A stretch of 32,000 nucleotides of DNA. Source: Zymomonas mobilis subsp. mobilis ATCC 10988. Its GTDB lineage: Bacteria; Pseudomonadota; Alphaproteobacteria; Sphingomonadales; Sphingomonadaceae. Both the position numbers and the translations under genes were made by a program. The stretch spans positions 1,590,001 through 1,622,000 of the forward strand of contig NC_017262.1 in the NCBI RefSeq assembly GCF_000175255.2, read 5' to 3'. Positions 24,169 through 32,000 of this stretch are shown here, one piece after another. The notes below the pieces were generated by a model. The model searched no databases, was not told the origin of the DNA, and saw nothing but the letters and a program-made list of their open reading frames with translations. Position 1 is the first letter of the stretch; every line of letters starts with the position of its first letter.

Positions 24169-25977
24169 GTGACTCCACTCGACCATATCCGCAATTTTTC
24201 GATTATTGCACATATTGATCACGGTAAATCAACATTAGCCGATCGTTTGATTCAGACAACTGGCGGCCTGACCGCTCGTGAAATGTCTGAACAAGTGCTC
24301 GATAACATGGATATCGAGAAGGAAAGGGGCATCACGATCAAGGCGCAAACAGTGCGGCTTGATTACACCGCCAAGGATGGGCAAAAATATGTCCTGAATT
24401 TGATGGACACGCCCGGCCATGTCGATTTTGCTTATGAGGTCAGTCGTTCTCTTGCCGCCTGTGAAGGGGCTTTGTTGGTGGTGGATGCGTCGCAAGGCGT
24501 TGAAGCGCAGACTTTGGCCAATGTCTATCAGTCGATCGAATATGATCACGAAATTGTGCCGGTCATCAATAAAATTGATTTGCCCGCCGCTGAACCTGAA
24601 AAGGTAAAGCAGGAAATAGAAGAAATCATCGGCTTGCCTGCTGATGATGCCGTTCTGGCCTCGGCAAAATCCGGTATCGGGATTGATGATATTCTGGAAG
24701 CCTTGGTAAAACGGATTCCGGCACCCAAAGGCGATATTAATGCCCCTTTAAAGGCAATGCTGGTTGATAGCTGGTATGATCCTTATCTGGGCGTGGTTAT
24801 TTTGGTTCGGATCATTGATGGCTCTTTGAAAAAAGGTCAGCAAATCCGCTTTATGCAGGCGGGAACAACCCATCTGATTGATCGGGTTGGCTGTTTCCGT
24901 CCTAAAATTGAAATATTGGATAGTCTGGGGCCGGGTGAAATCGGCTTTATCACCGCGCAAATCAAAGAGGTCAGCCAGACCGCCGTTGGTGATACTATCA
25001 CCGATGCCAAAAATCCGACTTCGACCCCGTTACCGGGCTTTAAGCAAGTCCAACCGGTGGTCTTCTGCGGGCTGTTTCCGGTGGATGCTGCCGATTTCGA
25101 CAAGTTAAAAGAATCCCTCGGAAAATTGCGGTTGAATGATGCCTCCTTCTCTTTCGAGGCTGAAAATTCGGCGGCTTTGGGTTTTGGTTTTCGTTGTGGT
25201 TTTCTGGGCTTGCTTCATCTTGAAATTATTCAAGAACGCTTGTCACGCGAATATGATCTTGATCTTATCACGACCGCACCCTCCGTTGTCTATCATTTGA
25301 ACATGACCCATGGGGAAGGCTCGATTGACCTTCACAACCCTGCGGATATGCCGGATGTTACCCGCATCGATTCCATTGACGAACCTTGGATTGAAGCGAC
25401 AATTTACGTTCCCGATCAGTATCTGGGGGCGGTTCTGAAACTGTGTCAGGATCGGCGCGGTATCCAGAAAGATATGACCTATGTCGGCGGACGGGTGCAG
25501 CTGCTTTACGAATTGCCGCTGAACGAAGTGGTTTTTGACTTCTATGACCGTTTAAAATCAATCAGCCGTGGCTATGCCAGCTTTGACTATCATCAGATCG
25601 GTTATCGTGAGGGTGATCTCGTCAAAATGACGATTATGGTCAATGGCGAAGTGGTGGATGCCCTTTCGATGATTGTGCACCGTCATGCAGCCGAAGGGCG
25701 TGGTCGCCAGATGTGCCAACGGATGAAAGATCTTATCCCGCGCCATCTGTTTAAAATCCCGATTCAGGCGGCCATTGGCGGCAAAGTCATTGCCCGTGAA
25801 ACCATTGGCGCCATGCGAAAAGATGTTACCGCCAAATGTTACGGGGGCGATATCTCTCGTAAAAAGAAACTTCTGGAAAAGCAGAAAGAAGGTAAAAAGC
25901 GGATGCGGCAATATGGTAGTGTTGATATCCCGCAAGAAGCCTTTATCGCCGCTTTACGCATGGGTGATGACAGTTAA
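24169..25977 (+). CDS. lepA: Elongation factor 4 (LepA)
   Basis: [28 protein letters not shown] and NKID GTPase motifs. The LepA-specific C-terminal domain ends ...[20 protein letters not shown] start. Confidence 0.95.
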   Translation: MTPLDHIRNFSIIAHIDHGKSTLADRLIQTTGGLTAREMSEQVLDNMDIEKERGITIKAQTVRLDYTAKDGQKYVLNLMDTPGHVDFAYEVSRSLAACEGALLVVDASQGVEAQTLANVYQSIEYDHEIVPVINKIDLPAAEPEKVKQEIEEIIGLPADDAVLASAKSGIGIDDILEALVKRIPAPKGDINAPLKAMLVDSWYDPYLGVVILVRIIDGSLKKGQQIRFMQAGTTHLIDRVGCFRPKIEILDSLGPGEIGFITAQIKEVSQTAVGDTITDAKNPTSTPLPGFKQVQPVVFCGLFPVDAADFDKLKESLGKLRLNDASFSFEAENSAALGFGFRCGFLGLLHLEIIQERLSREYDLDLITTAPSVVYHLNMTHGEGSIDLHNPADMPDVTRIDSIDEPWIEATIYVPDQYLGAVLKLCQDRRGIQKDMTYVGGRVQLLYELPLNEVVFDFYDRLKSISRGYASFDYHQIGYREGDLVKMTIMVNGEVVDALSMIVHRHAAEGRGRQMCQRMKDLIPRHLFKIPIQAAIGGKVIARETIGAMRKDVTAKCYGGDISRKKKLLEKQKEGKKRMRQYGSVDIPQEAFIAALRMGDDS

Positions 25978-26029
25978 TTCTGTTATGGCCTTTCTCTCTG
26001 TTCAAAGTTCAATGCAAGGAATCTAATCT

Positions 26030-26302
26030 ATGACCGATACGCCTCCCGATCATCTTTCTGTTTTTCCTGACAGTGAATGGTTCAATGCCGATGCTTTAAG
26101 ACGCGGTGTTGGTATCCGTTTCAAAGGACAGGAACGGACGGATGTTGAAGAATATTCCATGTCCGAAGGCTGGGTTCGTGTCGCCGCCGGTCGGAGCCGT
26201 GACCGTTTCGGCCGTCCGATGACGATTAAATTAAAAGGCGAAGTCGAAGCCTTCTATCAGGATGCCGGTCAGCAGGCCGAAGCTGACGATAGTCAGGCCT
26301 AA
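26030..26302 (+). CDS. Small conserved protein, DUF3297-like (family name from memory)
   Basis: 90 aa. The MTDTPPDHLSV...GIRFKGQERTDVEEYSMSEGWVRV...PMTIKLKGEVEAFY pattern matches what I recall of the DUF3297 family. SD aagga upstream. Confidence 0.55.
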   Translation: MTDTPPDHLSVFPDSEWFNADALRRGVGIRFKGQERTDVEEYSMSEGWVRVAAGRSRDRFGRPMTIKLKGEVEAFYQDAGQQAEADDSQA

Positions 26303-26394
26303 GAATAAGGAAAAAGACAACGTTTAAGACGCATTTTGACAAGCGGCTTTTTCTGGCCTGTCATGACGAGGACGCTCTTTTGATTGGGCATCCT

Positions 26395-26417
26395 ATCCGT
26401 ATAAAATCTATACGGAT
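26395..26417. promoter_or_regulatory. Inverted repeat (9-bp perfect arms, 5-bp spacer) 30 bp upstream of the kinase gene
   Basis: atccgtata aaatc tatacggat; the arms are exact reverse complements. Confidence 0.3.
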
Positions 26418-26446
26418 AACCGCTTGCATTCAGGAGCCATAAGCTG

Positions 26447-27685
26447 ATGTTCGCCGGTTTCCCGCTTGTCGATTTGCGTTCTCAACCTTTTTTTGAAGAC
26501 AAAAATCGTGCCTTTTGGATGCTGCAATCTGTCGGCTGGACGGGATATTTTGTTTTAAGGGCTTTGGGCGGCCTCGCCAATTCGATGGGGCTGCTCTATA
26601 TTGTGCCAACGGCACTTGCGACCGTTACCGGCTATTCCATTACCTTATTGATGTCAGTTGCCTATCGTCGATTGATCCATGCCAAACCCTTGGTGACATG
26701 GAGCATTTCGATCTTTATTCTGGTTATGGCTTCGGCAATCTTTTCGATGATTGAAGTCTGGGCGCATGCGACCTTTTACCGATCGGTTTCGATGCCCGTC
26801 GGTATTGAATTTTTGGGCGCTATCCTGCTTGATTTCGCGCTTCTGATTGCATGGTCGGCGCTTTATTATGGCATCAATTATTATCTGATGCTTGAAAAGC
26901 ATATGGGGCGGATTCATCGTATCGAGGCACAGGCTTCCGCTGCTCAGCTTGCGATGCTGCGTTACCAGCTTAACCCCCATTTCCTATTTAATACCTTGAA
27001 TTCCATTTCGACCTTGGTGCTTTTGAAACAGACCAGTCGTGCGAATGCGATGCTTTCCCGATTATCTTCTTTCTTGCGCTATACTTTGGCAAATGAACCC
27101 ACAGCGATGGTGACGCTGGAACAAGAGGTTGAAACTCTTAAACTCTATCTTGAAATCGAAAAGATGCGGTTTGAAGATCGTCTTCGGCCACATTTCGAGA
27201 TTGATCCTGCGGTTGCGCATGTGCGCTTGCCGTCTTTATTGCTGCAACCTTTGATCGAAAATGCCATCAAATATGCGGTGACACCTTGTGAAAACGGGGC
27301 AGATATTTCGGTAACGGCGCGTTTTGAAAATGGCCATGTCCGAATAGATGTTGTGGATAGCGGCCCCGGTGCGGTCGAAGAAGAAGATTCGCTGGAAGAA
27401 ATTATTATCGAAGCAGAAGATTCATCCCCCATACAGCCGGATAAGAGCAATACCGCCCTTATACCGCATGAAAATCTGGAACCCGATACCCCAAAGCCGA
27501 TAGTAAACCCGAAAAAACACACTATGTCAGCTTCAACAGGTGTTGGTCTCCCTAATATTAGGGACAGGCTTTTTCAGACATACGGAACAGATCAAAGCTT
27601 TCAGACCTTTAACAGGCCAGAAGGTGGTTTCGCTGTCGTTATAGAAATACCTTACCAGACGGAAGATAAAGCAGTCAGGACGTAA
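26447..27685 (+). CDS. LytS-type membrane sensor histidine kinase (His_kinase PF06580-type + HATPase)
   Basis: Multi-TM N-terminal half. The LNPHFLFNTLNSI phospho-acceptor region is typical of LytS/YehU-type kinases. N box QPLIENAIKYAV, G1 VVDSGPG, G2 GVGLPNIRDRL. Confidence 0.85.
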   Translation: MFAGFPLVDLRSQPFFEDKNRAFWMLQSVGWTGYFVLRALGGLANSMGLLYIVPTALATVTGYSITLLMSVAYRRLIHAKPLVTWSISIFILVMASAIFSMIEVWAHATFYRSVSMPVGIEFLGAILLDFALLIAWSALYYGINYYLMLEKHMGRIHRIEAQASAAQLAMLRYQLNPHFLFNTLNSISTLVLLKQTSRANAMLSRLSSFLRYTLANEPTAMVTLEQEVETLKLYLEIEKMRFEDRLRPHFEIDPAVAHVRLPSLLLQPLIENAIKYAVTPCENGADISVTARFENGHVRIDVVDSGPGAVEEEDSLEEIIIEAEDSSPIQPDKSNTALIPHENLEPDTPKPIVNPKKHTMSASTGVGLPNIRDRLFQTYGTDQSFQTFNRPEGGFAVVIEIPYQTEDKAVRT

Positions 27686-27686
27686 T

Positions 27687-28487
27687 ATGGCTATTCGCAC
27701 CATTATTGTTGATGATGAACCACTTGCCATCCAAGGCTTACAGCTTAGGTTGGAAGAATATCCTGATATTCAGATCATCGAAACATGTCTTAATGGGCGG
27801 GAGGCTATTCGGGCGATTAAAACCCACAAACCTGATTTGGTCTTTTTGGATATCCAGATGCCGGGTTTTGACGGTTTTTCGGTGTTGCAAGGCATTATGG
27901 AAGTCGAACCGCCTTTGGTTGTCTTTGTAACCGCCTATATCGACCATGCCTTGCGGGCTTTTGAAGCCAATGCGGTCGATTATCTGATGAAGCCGGTTGA
28001 AACCGATCGTTTGGCCGATACCTTGGAGCGGGTCAGGGGACGCTTAAAAACACGCCGTGCCGCGGATGAAGCCAAAAGACTGAAAGAAGTCCTTGCCGAA
28101 GTCGCCCCTGATGCGGCTGAAAATCTGTCGGAAATCAATAGCTCACCGACTGCCAGCCGTTACGAAAAAATTATCAATATCAAGGATCGGGGACAGATCT
28201 TTCGAGTGGATGTCGATACCATCGAACGCATTGATGCCGCCGGTGATTATATGTGCATCAATACCGGCGATAACACGCTGATTCTACGAGAAACAATGAA
28301 AGACCTCGAACGTCGCCTTGATCCTCGTCGTTTCCAGCGGGTGCATCGTTCGACCATCGTTAATCTTGATCTGGTGCGACAAGTCCGTCCCCATACTAAT
28401 GGCGAATGTTTCCTGATTCTCCAATCCGGTGCCGAAGTCAAAGTAAGCCGTAGTTATCGCGAAGTCGTTGCCCGTTTCGTTTACTAG
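27687..28487 (+). CDS. LytTR-family response regulator
   Basis: Receiver domain (IIVDDEPLA, LVFLDIQMPGFDG, KP) plus a LytTR DNA-binding domain (FQRVHRSTIVNL). The start lies 1 nt after the kinase stop. Confidence 0.9.
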   Translation: MAIRTIIVDDEPLAIQGLQLRLEEYPDIQIIETCLNGREAIRAIKTHKPDLVFLDIQMPGFDGFSVLQGIMEVEPPLVVFVTAYIDHALRAFEANAVDYLMKPVETDRLADTLERVRGRLKTRRAADEAKRLKEVLAEVAPDAAENLSEINSSPTASRYEKIINIKDRGQIFRVDVDTIERIDAAGDYMCINTGDNTLILRETMKDLERRLDPRRFQRVHRSTIVNLDLVRQVRPHTNGECFLILQSGAEVKVSRSYREVVARFVY

Positions 28488-28742
28488 ACAGTATCAACGC
28501 ATATTATTGTCACGCTTTTCAGGCTGTTCAATAGGCTAGCCTTATCTGACAGCTTCGGGCTTAAAGGGCAATTTTTCTGTCTTATTCTTAGAAATAGGCC
28601 AAAAATAAAGCGTATCACCTCGGGACAATATCATCCCTTGATTAAGCCGTTTATTTGCGGCTGGAGATAAAACAGACAAAATCATTCTATCAGATTACAA
28701 TCTGCTTTGATCTTCCCTGTCTTTGCGGTCAGATATCGAATT

Positions 28743-29828
28743 ATGCCTTTGAAAATCGCCTATATCATCAATTCAGTCGAAGGTGGGGGGGCAGCGTTAC
28801 CTGTGCCTTCTATCGCTGAAACCCTCCAAAAAGGGGGTGCAGAAATCCGTATTTTTGCCCTGACCCGCCGCAATGGAAAGGCTGTAGCCCCTATCCAACA
28901 AGCCGGCTTCGATGTGGTCATTCGCGAAGGGGGCGAAAAAGACCATATATCCGCCTATTTCTGGCTTAAAAAGCAGATTGAATCCTGGGGCGCGACCCAT
29001 ATTTGGACTTCGCTCACCCGTGCGACATTATTGGGTCAAATGGTCGGGCAACATTACCATTTACCCGTTATCAGCTGGCAGCATTCCGCCCGTCTTAAAA
29101 AGATAAATGCCTTTCTGCTACGTCGTTTTCAGCGTCGATCTGCCTTTTGGATTGGCGATTCTCAACAAGTCACAAAGCTCACCGGAGAGAAACTCAACAT
29201 TCCGAAAGAAAGGCTTTTCTGCTGGCCGATTTTCCGCGCCAATCCTGAAGCACCGTTAGCCAAGGCATGGCAATCTGGTGAGATATTGCGAATTGGCAGT
29301 TTAGGACGGCTTCATCCTTGCAAGGGCTATGATCTTCTGATCGAAACCTTAAAAACAGTAAAGGCCAAGAGTCAGATTCCTTTTACCGTGGATATTGGTG
29401 GGGAAGGGCAAGACGAAGCCAAATTATTGGCCATGATTGAAGAGGCTGGTTTACAAGAGACGGTGCGCTTGGTCGGTTATGTTGATAACCCTTCGGCCTT
29501 TTTGGCAAAGCTCCATCTTTATGTTCAGCCTTCCTATTGGGAAGGTTTTTGTGTCGCCGTCCATGAAGCGATTCAAGCTGCTTTACCTGTGATTGCTTCT
29601 TCAGTTGGGGAAATAGCTCATTCTGTAGAAGATCATAAGAGTGGTTTTCTTGTGCCGCCTGCTGACAAGGCTGCTTTGGAACAGGCTTTTCTTCAGGCCT
29701 TAGCGCGGCCTGAAAAACTATCTTCTATGGGCATGGCTGGCCGTCAAAGACTTTTGTCGGTTTTGAATCCTGATCAATTTGAAAAAACAGGTCTTGAGAT
29801 TCTCGCCGCTTTTACAAAATCTAGCTGA
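28743..29828 (+). CDS. Family 4 (GT-B, group 1) glycosyltransferase
   Basis: N-terminal IAYIINSVEGGGA and the C-terminal EX7E-type block WEGFCVAVHEAIQAALPVIASSVGE...GFLVPP. I prefer the ATG at 28743 over the TTG at 28707. Confidence 0.8.
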   Translation: MPLKIAYIINSVEGGGAALPVPSIAETLQKGGAEIRIFALTRRNGKAVAPIQQAGFDVVIREGGEKDHISAYFWLKKQIESWGATHIWTSLTRATLLGQMVGQHYHLPVISWQHSARLKKINAFLLRRFQRRSAFWIGDSQQVTKLTGEKLNIPKERLFCWPIFRANPEAPLAKAWQSGEILRIGSLGRLHPCKGYDLLIETLKTVKAKSQIPFTVDIGGEGQDEAKLLAMIEEAGLQETVRLVGYVDNPSAFLAKLHLYVQPSYWEGFCVAVHEAIQAALPVIASSVGEIAHSVEDHKSGFLVPPADKAALEQAFLQALARPEKLSSMGMAGRQRLLSVLNPDQFEKTGLEILAAFTKSS

Positions 29829-29838
29829 ATTGCTGATT

Positions 29839-31026
29839 TCAGCCGCGTTTGATCTCATCAACGATTTTTAAAATGGCTTGAGCTGCTCTTTTCTCTGACT
29901 TTTCGTCAGAAAGATCAAAGCTTTGATTGAACAAGGCTTCTTGCACCGGCTTATAGATATCCATATGGCGCTGACCACTTTTGGCTAAAGCCTGATCAAG
30001 ATTGTCTATATCAGACAATACATCTCCCGTTTTCCAATGAAGGTAATTAGGATCATTTTGCCATTCGACATTATGGCTGTTCATGAAAAGGCTGGGACGC
30101 GGGTAATAGAGGAATTCGTAAATCTGGCTAGAAACATCACCGAGATAAATGTCCGCCGCCATTGTATAGGTCATATCATTGGAAGCCGCGCTTCCAAGAT
30201 CAATATGGATATTCGGCGCATCCCAGTATTTTTGAGCAATCTTTCCCGGTTTTTTGAGCCGTAACTGATCAATCGTCAGAACAAAAGGGCGATGAAACAG
30301 CATGACATGCGGTGCAAAAATCAGATTATAGCGGTCACTTTTATAGAAATAATCCAGAATTTTACGGCCATCCTCATACCATGAAGAAAGATGCGGAGCA
30401 GGGTGGGGGTTATATAAGACTGTAGGACGACCATTGGCTTGCATCGGTAAAAGACGCGGCTTTTCGGGTAAAAGACTAAATTTGGGATAGCCAATAATAG
30501 AAATTTTATCGGGATTAACCGCAGCGTCTTTGATAAGGCGATCTCTGATTTTGGAGCCTGAGACCAAAACATGGTCGAATAAAGCACTCATCTTATCAAA
30601 ACCGACGGCTCTGTCGCCTGCGCCATGGCGGGTGTGGATAATTTTTAGATGATCGAGATGGTAGCGGCTTTTGAGAATAAGCGATGTTTTTTCTGAAACA
30701 ACTAAAATATCCAATGACCGAAAAAAATCGAGATTATCCTTATAGATACCCAATTTTTTAACAGGCAGGAATTTTTCAAATGTATATGCCGCCAGTCTTG
30801 TCATCGGGCTGACCGTTTTTAACTCAACAATGTTGATATCCGGTTTATGGAGCTTTTCAGCAAGCCGTCTGATTTCTTTGGTGATGATATCATTGGTTGT
30901 TGCAATAACAATATCGAGATTGGGCGCTAGCTCCATAAGAGCTATGGCCGTCGGTAGTGCATGAGCAATTTGATGTGCCTGATCGTGATTAAATAAAAAT
31001 GCAACTTTAATCGATTCAGAGGCCAT
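29839..31026 (-). CDS. GT-B-fold transferase distantly resembling the TagB/TagF CDP-glycerol glycerophosphotransferase family
   Basis: HTRHGAGDRAVGF, IIGYPKF, VLYNPHPAP and ADIYLGDVSSQIYEFLYYPRPSLF resemble, in the same order, the WHG..., GYPR.D, YAPT.R and ...ITDYSS..FDF....P... blocks of Glyphos_transf proteins as I remember them. The assignment is tentative. Confidence 0.45.
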   Translation of the reverse strand: MASESIKVAFLFNHDQAHQIAHALPTAIALMELAPNLDIVIATTNDIITKEIRRLAEKLHKPDINIVELKTVSPMTRLAAYTFEKFLPVKKLGIYKDNLDFFRSLDILVVSEKTSLILKSRYHLDHLKIIHTRHGAGDRAVGFDKMSALFDHVLVSGSKIRDRLIKDAAVNPDKISIIGYPKFSLLPEKPRLLPMQANGRPTVLYNPHPAPHLSSWYEDGRKILDYFYKSDRYNLIFAPHVMLFHRPFVLTIDQLRLKKPGKIAQKYWDAPNIHIDLGSAASNDMTYTMAADIYLGDVSSQIYEFLYYPRPSLFMNSHNVEWQNDPNYLHWKTGDVLSDIDNLDQALAKSGQRHMDIYKPVQEALFNQSFDLSDEKSEKRAAQAILKIVDEIKRG

Positions 31027-31310
31027 GCTTTAAGTCATCCCTAAAAACAGGAGTTCCGCATAAAGATTTTGTTCGGATCATCTAAAAAATTGAATGTTAT
31101 CAAATCTTTGCTGATCGCGACTGTTTATCCATTTTGCTATTCTTCTTATGTCATTGCTATGTAAAAGAGAAAAAAGCCTATTTTATGACAAAAAGTATAA
31201 AATTTTAAAAATATAAATAAATTTATATAATATAAATATATTATGTATTTTTTATATATTTTTAAAATATAGATAATCTATTTTAATTGTTGTTGGCAGA
31301 AAATAGATAA

Positions 31311-31349
31311 TAAAAAACCGGACATATCTATTAAAATAGAGATATCCGG
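31311..31349 (-). terminator. Rho-independent terminator after oxyR (minus strand)
   Basis: ccgga(ca)tatct (31318-31329) pairs with agatatccgg (31340-31349). On the minus strand the hairpin is followed by tttttta (complement of 31311-31317). Confidence 0.55.
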
Positions 31350-31379
31350 CTTCTTATTACTTAAAAAAGAAAAGAGAAA

Positions 31380-32000
31380 TTAGGCTGCGCCGCTAGCGGC
31401 TTCCAGAGGTTTAAATTTTTTCTGATAAATATTGGTCAGTGTTTCTGCGAGTAAGTGGAATTCTTTCTCGCAAGGACTACCTTTACGCCATACCAAAGAA
31501 ATTGTTCTGGAAGGATATTGAGACGCTAATGGCCGTGCATCAATATGGGTGTTATCCAGCAAGCCAGCATCTATCGCCATTTTCGGAAGCAGGGTAATCC
31601 CAAGACCATTATCAACCATCTGCACCAGCGTGTGCAAAGAGGTACCCATCATGGTCGCTTCTGCCCGTAATTCGGGACGGTTGCAGGCCGCAAGGGCATG
31701 ATCTTTCAGGCAATGGCCGTCTTCCAATAACAACAGCCGTTTTTCGTCGATCTGATCTGGTGTAATAACATCAGGCAGATGGGCTTGTTCCCCTTGAGGG
31801 AAGGCCACATAAAGCCGATCTTCGAACAGATCAACCGAGGCAATATCCCCACAATGATAGGGTAAAGCCAACAAAACGCAATCAACATGACCACGATGAA
31901 GAGAATCGCAAGCGGCGTTTGTTGTTTCTTCCCGAAGGAAGAGTTTCAACTCTGGCCATTCCGCTCTTAAATCGGGCAGGATACGCGGCAACAGGAAGGG
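31380..32000 (-). CDS. oxyR: LysR-family hydrogen-peroxide sensor OxyR, C-terminal regulatory domain (5' end beyond the window)
   Basis: LLLLEDGHCLKDHALAACN reproduces the OxyR redox-switch segment (E. coli ...LEDGHCLRDQAMGFC, Cys199/Cys208). The frame stays open to the window edge, so the M at 31991 is internal. Confidence 0.85.
   Translation of the reverse strand, partial: PFLLPRILPDLRAEWPELKLFLREETTNAACDSLHRGHVDCVLLALPYHCGDIASVDLFEDRLYVAFPQGEQAHLPDVITPDQIDEKRLLLLEDGHCLKDHALAACNRPELRAEATMMGTSLHTLVQMVDNGLGITLLPKMAIDAGLLDNTHIDARPLASQYPSRTISLVWRKGSPCEKEFHLLAETLTNIYQKKFKPLEAASGAA

Overview
The window looks like a mostly core chromosomal segment of an alphaproteobacterium. The proteins look Sphingomonadales-like. 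The gene order (gntP-gntK, thyA, a Sad/YneI-type aldehyde dehydrogenase, fpr, metF-metH, lepA, oxyR) and moderate-GC coding DNA separated by extremely AT-rich spacers remind me of Zymomonas mobilis; this is from memory and unverified. I support about 30 CDS. They cover envelope functions (L,D-transpeptidase, LpoA-like activator, BamD, MlaA, several orphan lipoproteins), gluconate uptake and phosphorylation, thymidylate synthase, an ArsR-methyltransferase (SahR-like) regulator in front of metF and a two-piece metH, a metallophosphoesterase, LepA, a LytS/LytTR two-component pair, a GT4 glycosyltransferase convergent with a TagB/TagF-like transferase, and a partial oxyR. Several rho-independent terminators are readable. 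I found no rRNA, tRNA, CRISPR array, transposase, integrase or recognisable defence gene, so I cannot point to a convincing new multi-gene system. Observations worth follow-up: (1) Orphan acidic lipoproteins all end in Lys, and one sits directly behind an L,D-transpeptidase, which suggests a possible Braun-lipoprotein analogue. (2) A perfect 12 x 9-bp in-frame (SQT)n repeat lies in a long disordered tail of MlaA, and BamD has a similar tail. (3) An AT-rich islet combines about 970 bp of ORF-free DNA with a low-GC chagasin-type protease inhibitor gene. (4) The SahR-like regulator, metF and split metH form one block, with a 16-bp perfect palindrome upstream and a 13-bp tandem duplication in the metH split site. 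(5) The LytS-type kinase has a long acidic insertion in its ATP lid and lies next to the GT4/TagF-like pair. (6) An 18-bp perfect palindrome lies in the gntP/thyA divergent region.
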